Both the position numbers and the translations under genes were made by a program. The notes beneath the pieces are model-generated. The model saw only the letters and a program-made list of their open reading frames with translations, was not told the origin of the DNA and searched no databases. A stretch of DNA of 32,000 nt from Candidatus Saccharimonadota bacterium (GTDB lineage Bacteria; Patescibacteriota; Microgenomatia; UBA1406; GWC2-37-13): assembly GCA_001790095.1 (NCBI GenBank), contig MGBH01000001.1, positions 1,140,001-1,172,000 of the forward strand. Direction: 5' to 3'. This document shows positions 18,079 to 25,086 of the stretch, in pieces; the first letter of the stretch is position 1, and each line of letters begins with the position of its first letter.

Positions 18079-18837
18079 TTAATCAACGGGATATTTTAAA
18101 CTTCCACTGATTGTTTTTCCTGTTTTGTCTACATAAGAGTAAGCTCCACTATTACCCCAAGTAATTTTTTCTATTGGTCCTAGATTTTTATAATTATTGT
18201 CGGAATTTTTTAAATCTATAATGTGGGTTTCTGGAGCACTACCACCACAGTTCCAACATCCATAAATATATAAAGTCAGATATTGACCGTCTTTACTTAT
18301 CTCGCCGATACGAGGTACTGATGGATGATGTGAATATGACCAGACAGACTCATAAACCAATATAGATTTATTACCATTATAAAAGTAGGTTTTATATAGA
18401 ATCATTCCTTCGTTGGTACTTAATGTTGGATCTAAAGCTAAAGTGAAAATAAGAACAGATGTATTTGGGAATATTTTGTAATCAAACATTTTGGCTGTTT
18501 TACCAAATTCCTTATTTGATTCAAGGATAGTAAACCATTTTGTGTTAGGAATTTGACCAATAGAACTATCAGGAGTTTTATTTAAATCGAAATATTTGTT
18601 ACCCAATCTTATATATTTTAAATTGGAATCTATCTGAATATTTAAATTTGACTCTGTTTTATTAATAGAATCGGCATTAGTCTTTATTTGATCAATGTTA
18701 GTAATACTCTGAATTGACTGATACTGTATTCCCATAGCAAATCCAATAATAGGAAAAAGAATAAAAAGAATTGCAGCTATAACTTTTATTACGGGGTTAT
18801 TATGAGTGCCATGCTTGGTTAATAATTCCATAGTCAA
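18079..18837 (-). CDS. hypothetical membrane-anchored protein
   Basis: 252 aa with an N-terminal TM and then a beta-rich domain. The track start is TTG 18837; the ATG at 18831 is more likely. Confidence 0.45.
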   Translation of the reverse strand: MTMELLTKHGTHNNPVIKVIAAILFILFPIIGFAMGIQYQSIQSITNIDQIKTNADSINKTESNLNIQIDSNLKYIRLGNKYFDLNKTPDSSIGQIPNTKWFTILESNKEFGKTAKMFDYKIFPNTSVLIFTLALDPTLSTNEGMILYKTYFYNGNKSILVYESVWSYSHHPSVPRIGEISKDGQYLTLYIYGCWNCGGSAPETHIIDLKNSDNNYKNLGPIEKITWGNSGAYSYVDKTGKTISGSLKYPVD

Positions 18838-18921
18838 ATACCTATTGATAATAAAATTAGTATATCAAGAAATATAAAAGTTCAAACATCTTAGGTGGGT
18901 AATGTTTTTTGTATCTAGTGC

Positions 18922-19040
18922 TGGAGAGCAAGGATTCCCTTCGTCGATTTATATCATTTCATTACTCCTCAGGGTAAACTTCTCATCCTCGCTCAAAATA
19001 GTTCGTCAATCTCACCTTGCGGTGAGCTTGTCGAACTATG
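18922..19040 (-). repeat. 119-bp direct repeat unit U, copy A
   Basis: Identical at all 119 positions to 20850-20968. Minus-strand sense: a GNRA-capped hairpin (ATAGTTCG/CTCACC-GCAA-GGTGAG/CGAACTAT, 18994-19039) plus TTTT, then TGATATAAAT, then GAATCCTTGCTCTCCA, which mimics the tRNA-Gln 3' end. Confidence 0.9.
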
Positions 19041-19069
19041 TTGGCTCTGGTTGACTATGTAGGAACTTA

Positions 19070-20005
19070 TTACACCACGTTTTGTGGTTTACCGATATTG
19101 AATGCTTCAATGTTTTCAACTACTAAGTTATAAGTTTTTGCGTCAGCATCCTCGGTATTAAATGCATTGTGGGGGACGACGATTATGTTGGGATACTTAT
19201 AGTATTCATCATTTTGATCAATTACTTGCATTATCGGAGTTTCAACTCCATAACCAAATATTTTCCCAGACTTAATACCTTCCAACAACGCCATTTTATT
19301 AACAATTTTCTCTCTAGCACAGTTTACAATTATCACTCCATGTTTTACTAATTCAATTTCCTCGCTACTTATATAGTTCTCTGTTTTCGAATTTAATGGG
19401 ATGCAAATAGTGATTACATCAGATTCTTTTAAAAGAGTTATTTTATCTACTAATTCCACACCAAGCATCGGTTTTTGAGATTTGTTTATACCTAATATCC
19501 GCATATTAAAACATTTGGCAATTCTAACCACTTGTGAGCCAATGCTTCCTAACCCGAGGACTCCTAATGTTTTCCCATAGATTTCCTTTCCTTTGTATAA
19601 AGAAAAGTTGTAAGCACTATTTAACCGGGCTTCCCGGTCGAATTCATTGACTCTCTTTGCAAGATTTAAAATCATAGCCCAGGTATGCTCCGCAACAGAT
19701 TCTGCAGTTGCCCCGTGTATGTTACTAACAACAATACCTTTTTCTCGGCAATAATCTAAATCAAGCCAATCTGTTCCAATAGTTAACACCGACAGTAACT
19801 TAAGAGAAGGTAATTTCAACAATAATTCTCTTCTCAAAATTGTAACTTCGGGACCTGTTATTAAAACTTCAGCATCAGCTACTTTTTCAATAACCTCTTT
19901 TGGGGATAGGTTCTGAACGTGATAAATTGTTAGATTATGAGAATTATGTAAAGGTTTTAAATATGCGTCAATTGCTGGATCTGATGCTAAGCAAACGATG
20001 TTCAT
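19070..20005 (-). CDS. D-isomer-specific 2-hydroxyacid dehydrogenase (NAD-binding)
   Basis: 311 aa with the Rossmann motif GVLGLGSIGSQV and a catalytic Arg/Glu/His pattern (NCAREK, GVETP, VPHNAFNT). Confidence 0.85.
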   Translation of the reverse strand: MNIVCLASDPAIDAYLKPLHNSHNLTIYHVQNLSPKEVIEKVADAEVLITGPEVTILRRELLLKLPSLKLLSVLTIGTDWLDLDYCREKGIVVSNIHGATAESVAEHTWAMILNLAKRVNEFDREARLNSAYNFSLYKGKEIYGKTLGVLGLGSIGSQVVRIAKCFNMRILGINKSQKPMLGVELVDKITLLKESDVITICIPLNSKTENYISSEEIELVKHGVIIVNCAREKIVNKMALLEGIKSGKIFGYGVETPIMQVIDQNDEYYKYPNIIVVPHNAFNTEDADAKTYNLVVENIEAFNIGKPQNVV

Positions 20006-20084
20006 AAATATATTCTACCAAGTTGTTCCGTCGTCCACTCATAGTAGTGAAGTTATATGGTCGTTGTCTTGAGGAAAAAACTAG

Positions 20085-20116
20085 GTTGAGCATATCGGTC
20101 GGGACCCATTCGGTCC
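20085..20116 (+). repeat. intergenic motif copy c (GTTGAGCATATCGGTCGGGACCCATTCGGTCC)
   Basis: Shares GTTGAGCAT-N3-GGTC-N2-GAC with copies a and b, and adds a GGACC-CATTC-GGTCC hairpin. Confidence 0.5.
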
Positions 20117-20833
20117 TTATAGTTTCTTATTTGATTCTTGAGCTTTAAGATACTTAACAAATTTGTCAACAACTCTCCAGGTTTTCATCATAATATCAAC
20201 GCGTTTTTCTCCGACTACAGGTCCATATACGCCATGTCGTTGATCGCCCCCCGTTTCCTTAATTTCATTTATGTCAGATTGGTTAAGATTTAAAATCTTT
20301 ATAGCTTCTTGCCACCCCCTTGCTTTATTATTAGATTTAGTGAAAAACTTAGCTATTGTTTCAGTTGCACGTCTACAATGAAAAAATGTATCAAGAGGTC
20401 GTCCAATTGCATCTCTGAGGTCTTTCAGTACCATAGAAAGTTCTGGGATTATCAAAGCGAGCAAAAGAGTATCTTGGTAGCTTAATGGTCTATTTTTTTC
20501 GTCCTGGGTAATTTTAACTACATCCATTCCGAAAACTTCATGATATCCTGTTTCAGGAATATAAACTGATGCAATTTCTACATTGTATGTGTATCCTTTG
20601 AGATATCCATAAACATCCATAAAAGTATGAACGTTTTTTTCTATCGTATTTTTAAGATCCACGAGAGGGATTTGGGAATCAGTATCCACTTCAACAGTGA
20701 TTTGAGAAAGTAATATCGATGTTTTTATATTAGCCTCAAAAGAGGCATCGTCACTCTTAACGCGCCCATTTACAGAAGAAATTGTGATTGGAGCTCTTTC
20801 AGGATAGACTTTTCCAAAGAAAATATATTTCAT
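20117..20833 (-). CDS. hypothetical protein, C-terminal half possibly DUF4145/HEPN-like
   Basis: 238 aa with no TM. FFHCRRATETIAKFF followed about 40 aa later by IKETGGDQRHG resembles the RRxxE ... GN-x2-H pattern of DUF4145-type HEPN-like domains. By-eye inference only. Confidence 0.45.
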   Translation of the reverse strand: MKYIFFGKVYPERAPITISSVNGRVKSDDASFEANIKTSILLSQITVEVDTDSQIPLVDLKNTIEKNVHTFMDVYGYLKGYTYNVEIASVYIPETGYHEVFGMDVVKITQDEKNRPLSYQDTLLLALIIPELSMVLKDLRDAIGRPLDTFFHCRRATETIAKFFTKSNNKARGWQEAIKILNLNQSDINEIKETGGDQRHGVYGPVVGEKRVDIMMKTWRVVDKFVKYLKAQESNKKL

Positions 20834-20849
20834 ATCTGGTTCTTGTTGT

Positions 20850-20968
20850 TGGAGAGCAAGGATTCCCTTCGTCGATTTATATCATTTCATTACTCCTCAG
20901 GGTAAACTTCTCATCCTCGCTCAAAATAGTTCGTCAATCTCACCTTGCGGTGAGCTTGTCGAACTATG
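20850..20968 (-). repeat. 119-bp direct repeat unit U, copy B (immediately 3' of tRNA-Gln)
   Basis: Identical to 18922-19040. It starts 1 nt after the tRNA discriminator base. The hairpin 20926-20967 plus T-run probably terminates the tRNA transcript. Confidence 0.9.
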
Positions 20969-21041
20969 CTGGGGAGCAAGGATTCGAACCTTGAATCGCG
21001 CTGATCCAAAGTCAGGCGTGTTACCGTTACACTACTCCCCA
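20969..21041 (-). tRNA. tRNA-Gln (anticodon UUG), CCA not encoded
   Basis: Hand-folded cloverleaf. Acceptor TGGGGAG/CTCCCCA, D arm GTGT-AACGGTA-ACAC, anticodon loop CTTTGGA (one C-C mismatch at the base of the stem), T arm CAAGG-TTCGAAT-CCTTG, discriminator G. The 5' UGGGG and 3' CCCCAG ends match those of E. coli tRNA-Gln. Confidence 0.85.
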
Positions 21042-21269
21042 TGATTTTAAAAGTTCTCTTCCTTTACCACTTTTCAAAAATTGTTCGTATTTTAATGCTT
21101 CGCTTTTAATTTCGAATTCCTTAGTATAAACCACCTTCCAATTCTTTCCTTTTCTGGTTGATCGGGTAATTTTATTATTATGTTCCCAAATTCTCCTTTC
21201 AAGGTCTGAGGTATAACCAGTATATGTGTTTTTTAATTCATCTTTCAGAACATATACAGTGTATGCCAT
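21027..21269 (-). CDS. GIY-YIG nuclease-domain protein (short, UPF0213-like)
   Basis: MAYTVYVLKDE...TYTGYTSDLERRIWEHN...E (GIY / YIG / R / E pattern). The track start is TTG 21281; the ATG at 21269 is preferred. The last five codons, TGG GGA GTA GTG TAA, are the first 15 nt of the tRNA-Gln. Confidence 0.8.
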   Translation of the reverse strand: MAYTVYVLKDELKNTYTGYTSDLERRIWEHNNKITRSTRKGKNWKVVYTKEFEIKSEALKYEQFLKSGKGRELLKSWGVV

Positions 21270-21293
21270 TCTTGTTTTCAATATTTAAAGATA

Positions 21294-21336
21294 CTGATCC
21301 AAAGTCAGGCGCCCGCCTGAGGCGGGCTACTCCCCA
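21294..21336 (-). pseudogene. 5' fragment of a second tRNA-Gln (acceptor 5' strand, D arm, anticodon arm); no T arm or 3' acceptor
   Basis: TGGGGAGTAG (10 nt) and CGCCTGACTTTGGATCAG (18 nt) are identical to the intact tRNA. The D arm is replaced by the GC-rich GCCC-GCCTCAGGC-GGGC, which can also form a 7-bp hairpin GCCCGCC-TCA-GGCGGGC. Confidence 0.6.
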
Positions 21337-21353
21337 AGTGTTTTGCAAGCTCT

Positions 21354-21362
21354 ATTTTACCA
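21354..21362 (-). promoter_or_regulatory. candidate extended -10 promoter (TGG-TAAAAT) upstream of the tRNA fragment / GIY-YIG / tRNA-Gln unit
   Basis: The minus strand reads TGGTAAAAT ending 17 nt before the TGGGGAG of the 5' tRNA fragment. No good -35 element was seen. Confidence 0.3.
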
Positions 21363-21553
21363 AAAAAACATGCCTTATGGGTTTACGATTCTCTAGTACG
21401 ATTGAAGTTCAATTTGCTTAATGGTAAAGATGATGATATACTACTTAATAGAAGAATTTCAGTCACTTAATGGGTCTAGGTTTGGAGATTAGGGTAAAAC
21501 AACTTCATTTAAGGATACTTGGTTTTCTTCATGAAAGGAGGTGAAAACATACA

Positions 21554-21874
21554 ATGGACAAAAAGAAATTATACGTCGGAAATCTACCTTGGTCAATTGA
21601 GGATGCTGGACTTAAAGATTTATTCGCACAATACGGAGAAGTCGTTGAGGCAGTTGTCATCAAAGATCGTTATTCAGGTAGATCAAAAGGTTTCGGATTC
21701 GTAACTTTTGCAACTGAAGAAGCTGCAGCACAAGCTGAAGCAGAAATGGCTGGAAAAGATATGGAAGGCCGCAAAATCGTCGTTAACGTCGCAAAACCTA
21801 GAGAGGAAAGGCCTCGAGGAGGTGGCGGAGGTTATCGAGGAGGAGGAGATAGGGACAATAGACGACCTTACTAA
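21554..21874 (+). CDS. RRM-type RNA-binding protein with RGG-rich tail
   Basis: RNP-2 LYVGNL and RNP-1 KGFGFVTF, a C-terminal RPRGGGGGYRGGGDR tail, and a strong SD AAAGGAGGTGA. Confidence 0.9.
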   Translation: MDKKKLYVGNLPWSIEDAGLKDLFAQYGEVVEAVVIKDRYSGRSKGFGFVTFATEEAAAQAEAEMAGKDMEGRKIVVNVAKPREERPRGGGGGYRGGGDRDNRRPY

Positions 21875-21880
21875 ACCAAT

Positions 21881-21950
21881 AAAAAAACACTATTTGCTTC
21901 TTGGGGTCTAAAATAAAGACCGCGTAGAGAGGGGGTAGTGTTTTTTTTAT
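21881..21950 (+). terminator. probable intrinsic terminator after the RRM gene
   Basis: AAAAAAACACTA (21881-21892) pairs with TAGTGTTTTTTTT (21936-21948). An inner GGTCT/AGACC hairpin is present, and a T8 run follows. Confidence 0.45.
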
Positions 21951-21972
21951 GGGAGCGATATAATATTGTCAG

Positions 21973-23454
21973 ATGAAAAAACAGAATCTCCATTTACTTG
22001 CGACGGTTTCCTTATCAATTTTTTTATTTATCTTTCTTCATATCTTTTACACAGGTGTGGTTACTACTCCAACGGAATTAGACAGTGTCATGTATCATAT
22101 ACCAATTGCTAAAAGTTACCTCAACGGTCGCATATTTTCTTCCCCCTCATCTCCACTTATGCATCGGTATTTTCCCGGCGCATCTGAGGGTATACTTGCT
22201 TTTTTTATGCTTCTGCATATTCCCCTAAACCTATACAATGTTTTAGGGATACTATGTCTTTTTCTTGCTTGCTTTGCGTTGGGTAAACGTGCTGGGTTAG
22301 GGACAGATTTATCTTTGTTATTTGCAACCAGCTTCTCATCGCTCAATGGGATTGTCCGATGGGCAAATGTCCAGGTTGTAGATATTTGGATGGGAGTATT
22401 TTATGCATGTTTGATCTTTATGTTTCTCAAACCGGAAAAAAAACCCGGTTATTTTTTTAAGTTAGGTATTGTGACAGGGATGATAGTTGGAACTAAATAT
22501 TCTGGCCCCTTGTTTCTTAGCGTTTTGCTACTTTTTTACGGAAAAAAACTAATTGAAAAATTAGACATCAAACGATTAATATGGTTTCTTATTCCGTTTT
22601 GTATATGTGGACTTTTTTGGTATATCCGTAACTATCTGGTAAAAGGCAATCCTGTTTACCCGATTGCTCTTTTTTCATGGCCGGGAGTAGAGAATTGGGC
22701 CCTTGAGACGCCAGTATGGAAAGGAGCAATCTCTTATCCCTTAAGTATGTTAAGCGCTCTGATAAGCGAATACACGGGATGGGGAGTGTTAGTTATATTG
22801 TCGCCTATTCTTGTTTTGTATATGAGGGGGATTTCCTTGATCTTTATCACAATTGCTCTTTTTAATCTTATGGTTTATTCTTTGTTGCCAAATGGCGATG
22901 CCTATTTGGTGCACGTATCAAACCTTCGATACTCCTATCCTGTTTTTATTTTATTCATACTAGCGGTTTTTGAGTTTGCAAAGCAAAAAAAGAAAGAAGA
23001 AATACTAGCAGTTTTTGCTATTGGAAATATGCTATTTTCTTTGCAATTCCCATATCATCCCAAGCTGCTTTTTTTATATATTCCTCTTCTTATCATGATT
23101 TGGTTATTTGCAAAACAAAATTATATATGGGTGTATAATAATAAGTATTATAAGTTTATATATCATATGAAAAATAAACTTGAAAAAGGAGGAAGTTCTG
23201 TTATCGTACTTCTCCTTATGATTATTGCAGTTGTAGTGGTTGGAGCTATGATCTTGATGAAAAAAGGACCTGAGAAAAAAGAAGGCGGATTATTTGTATC
23301 AGGTACGGTCAAACAACAAGATCAAAATGCAGCCTCCTCCACAGAGAGCACTGCTGATCAAGAAACAGATAGTGAAATATCAACACTTGAACAAGATCTT
23401 GATGAAATTGATAAAAGCCTTAATGACGCTCCAATTGACGTTATGGCAGAATAG
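21973..23454 (+). CDS. multi-pass membrane protein (GT-C/ArnT-PMT-like glycosyltransferase fold suspected) with acidic C-terminal extension
   Basis: 493 aa with about 11 TM helices in residues 1-390. This is followed by an in-frame module starting at M399 (23167) with its own TM and an acidic tail. The family call is tentative. Confidence 0.4.
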   Translation: MKKQNLHLLATVSLSIFLFIFLHIFYTGVVTTPTELDSVMYHIPIAKSYLNGRIFSSPSSPLMHRYFPGASEGILAFFMLLHIPLNLYNVLGILCLFLACFALGKRAGLGTDLSLLFATSFSSLNGIVRWANVQVVDIWMGVFYACLIFMFLKPEKKPGYFFKLGIVTGMIVGTKYSGPLFLSVLLLFYGKKLIEKLDIKRLIWFLIPFCICGLFWYIRNYLVKGNPVYPIALFSWPGVENWALETPVWKGAISYPLSMLSALISEYTGWGVLVILSPILVLYMRGISLIFITIALFNLMVYSLLPNGDAYLVHVSNLRYSYPVFILFILAVFEFAKQKKKEEILAVFAIGNMLFSLQFPYHPKLLFLYIPLLIMIWLFAKQNYIWVYNNKYYKFIYHMKNKLEKGGSSVIVLLLMIIAVVVVGAMILMKKGPEKKEGGLFVSGTVKQQDQNAASSTESTADQETDSEISTLEQDLDEIDKSLNDAPIDVMAE

Positions 23455-23491
23455 GGAGAGAGAATACATTATTAATTTATAATCAATATCC

Positions 23492-24175
23492 ATGAAAATA
23501 CCCTTATATAAAACAACCATAGGATTTTTCCTTATTGCAGGGTTTGCTTTATTTACCAATACCGCTTTTGCGCAAGCGGTTATTAACCCCACGCGTGGTG
23601 CACTGCGAGAAGAAAGAAGGGCAGAGATTCAAACTACCCGTACTCAGCTCAAAAAAAATAGAGCTTATCAAGAAATCGATCGGAGAGTCACAAGTCTAAA
23701 TGGGCTCATCAACAGATTAAATGCGATCAAACGAATCACCGCAGAACAAAGAACCACTCTTACGACTCAAGTGCAGGCGGAGATAGACAAACTTACGTCT
23801 CTTAAGACTCAAATTGAATCAGAGACCGATCCGGCAAAATTGCTTGAGCTTAAAAAATCAATTATCCTTTCCTACAGAATATACGTAGTCTTCATGCCTA
23901 AAATCCAGATCATGGCTCATGCAGATCGGATCCTGACGGTTATAGATGAGATGAAGGAGAAAACGACCAATGCGGATGTGATTTCAAAATTAGACTTAGC
24001 GAGTGCAAAGGCAAACGAAGCCATCACAACAGTCATATCTCTAACACCAGATGGGTATCCGGACAACAAAGCTCAGATGAAAGATGCAAGAGAGATGTTG
24101 AAGGAAGCGCTTCAGTACTTAAAAGATGCGCGACTGCTTTTTAAACAGAGCAGTTCATCAAGTGTATCAAGCTAA
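23492..24175 (+). CDS. secreted coiled-coil protein
   Basis: 227 aa with a signal peptide ending AFAQA, then heptad-rich helical sequence. TATAAT lies 8 nt upstream of the ATG. Confidence 0.5.
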   Translation: MKIPLYKTTIGFFLIAGFALFTNTAFAQAVINPTRGALREERRAEIQTTRTQLKKNRAYQEIDRRVTSLNGLINRLNAIKRITAEQRTTLTTQVQAEIDKLTSLKTQIESETDPAKLLELKKSIILSYRIYVVFMPKIQIMAHADRILTVIDEMKEKTTNADVISKLDLASAKANEAITTVISLTPDGYPDNKAQMKDAREMLKEALQYLKDARLLFKQSSSSSVSS

Positions 24176-24195
24176 TATGATACAATAGTTTCAGT

Positions 24196-25062
24196 ATGGC
24201 TGAAGATAAATATACTGCCACATGGGTATCGCATACCTCAATAAGGGATTTTATTGACTGTCCACGCGCATATTATCTCAAAAACGTATATCGTGATCCT
24301 AAGACAAGACATAAAATCAAACTTGTCACTCCTCCCTTGGCTCTTGGGTCAGTCATCCATGAAGTGCTTGAGTCCTTATCAGTTCTTCCGGTTGAGGAGC
24401 GTTTTAAGATGTCGCTAGTTGAAAAATTTCATCTGATATGGAGTAAAGTAAGCGGAAAAAAGGGAGGATTCTTAAATGAGCAAACAGAAAATACCTACAA
24501 AAAAAGAGGAGAGGAGATGTTGCTTAAGGTCATGCAGAATCCTGGTCCTTTAAGAAAGTTAGCAGTAAAAATCAAGATGAACCTTCCTTATTATTGGCTC
24601 TCAAAAGAAGATAATATCATCTTATGCGGCAAACTTGATTGGCTTGAATATGATGAGAGTTCAGATAGCGTCCATATCATTGATTTCAAAACGAGTAAAA
24701 ATGAAGAAGATGATGAATCACTTCAGTTACCAATCTATTGTTTACTTGCCACAAACTGTCAAAGCAAACCCGTAAGAGGAGTCCATTATTGGTACTTGGA
24801 GAAAAGTACTGAATTGACTGACAAACCCATCCCGGATCTCGTTGAAAAAGAAAGCCAGATTCTTGATATTGCCAAAAAAATAAAACTTGCCAGGCAACTA
24901 AATGTATTTAAATGTCCCCACAAGACAGGTTGTCATGTTTGTCGCCCTTTTGAGGCGGTATTGCGGGGTGAAGCAGAATACGTTGGAGTTGGAAGCTATA
25001 GAGAAGATATCTATGTATTAGATCTTAATCAACAAAAGGAAAAGGAAAGTATAATATTATAA
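24196..25062 (+). CDS. PD-(D/E)XK nuclease, Cas4/AddB-like with Fe-S Cys cluster
   Basis: An N-terminal Cys (DCPRAYYLK), the core GKLDW...IIDFKTSK (D...D-x-K), QLPIY (QxxxY) and C-terminal CPHKTGCHVC. Confidence 0.75.
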   Translation: MAEDKYTATWVSHTSIRDFIDCPRAYYLKNVYRDPKTRHKIKLVTPPLALGSVIHEVLESLSVLPVEERFKMSLVEKFHLIWSKVSGKKGGFLNEQTENTYKKRGEEMLLKVMQNPGPLRKLAVKIKMNLPYYWLSKEDNIILCGKLDWLEYDESSDSVHIIDFKTSKNEEDDESLQLPIYCLLATNCQSKPVRGVHYWYLEKSTELTDKPIPDLVEKESQILDIAKKIKLARQLNVFKCPHKTGCHVCRPFEAVLRGEAEYVGVGSYREDIYVLDLNQQKEKESIIL

Positions 25063-25086
25063 ACATTATTATTTATCACTTAAGTT

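Noticed and set aside
9765-20116. GTTGAGC/GTTGAGT fits the integron attC core-site pattern GTTRRRY, and all copies share one orientation, which suggested an integron-like cassette array or CALIN.
   Set aside because: I found no matching inverse core (RYYYAAC, for example GCTCAAC) or imperfect palindrome 40-150 nt upstream of any copy. The conserved sequence extends downstream of GTTGAG (CAT..GGTC..GAC) rather than upstream. The flanking ORFs have mixed orientations. No intI-like gene is present.
15111-20116. The motif copies translate in one frame to VEH[TVI]G[QHR]D, suggesting a conserved small peptide or pseudogene fragments (compare the track ORF 16506-16844).
   Set aside because: Copy c is immediately preceded by an in-frame TAG with no start codon. 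Copy d has an in-frame TGA at the third codon. The flanking residues are not conserved. Two copies overlap better-supported genes on other frames. A DNA- or RNA-level element is more likely.
20788-20994. A 68-aa plus-strand ORF spanning repeat unit U and the tRNA 3' end.
   Set aside because: It lies entirely within a non-coding repeat plus a tRNA gene, has no SD, and its low-complexity translation matches no family. It is spurious.
21311-21327. The GC-rich hairpin GCCCGCC-TGA-GGCGGGC as a plus-strand intrinsic terminator.
   Set aside because: No credible plus-strand gene ends upstream of it, and the T-run is not adjacent. Its position is explained better as the D-arm region of the 5' tRNA-Gln fragment on the minus strand.
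20969-21336. A group I intron carrying a GIY-YIG homing endonuclease inside the tRNA-Gln gene.
   Set aside because: The downstream tRNA is complete and colinear by itself. The duplicated segment runs past the anticodon loop through the 3' strand of the anticodon stem. I saw no candidates for P3-P7 or the G-binding core. The 80-aa ORF is a bare GIY-YIG domain with no DNA-binding extension.
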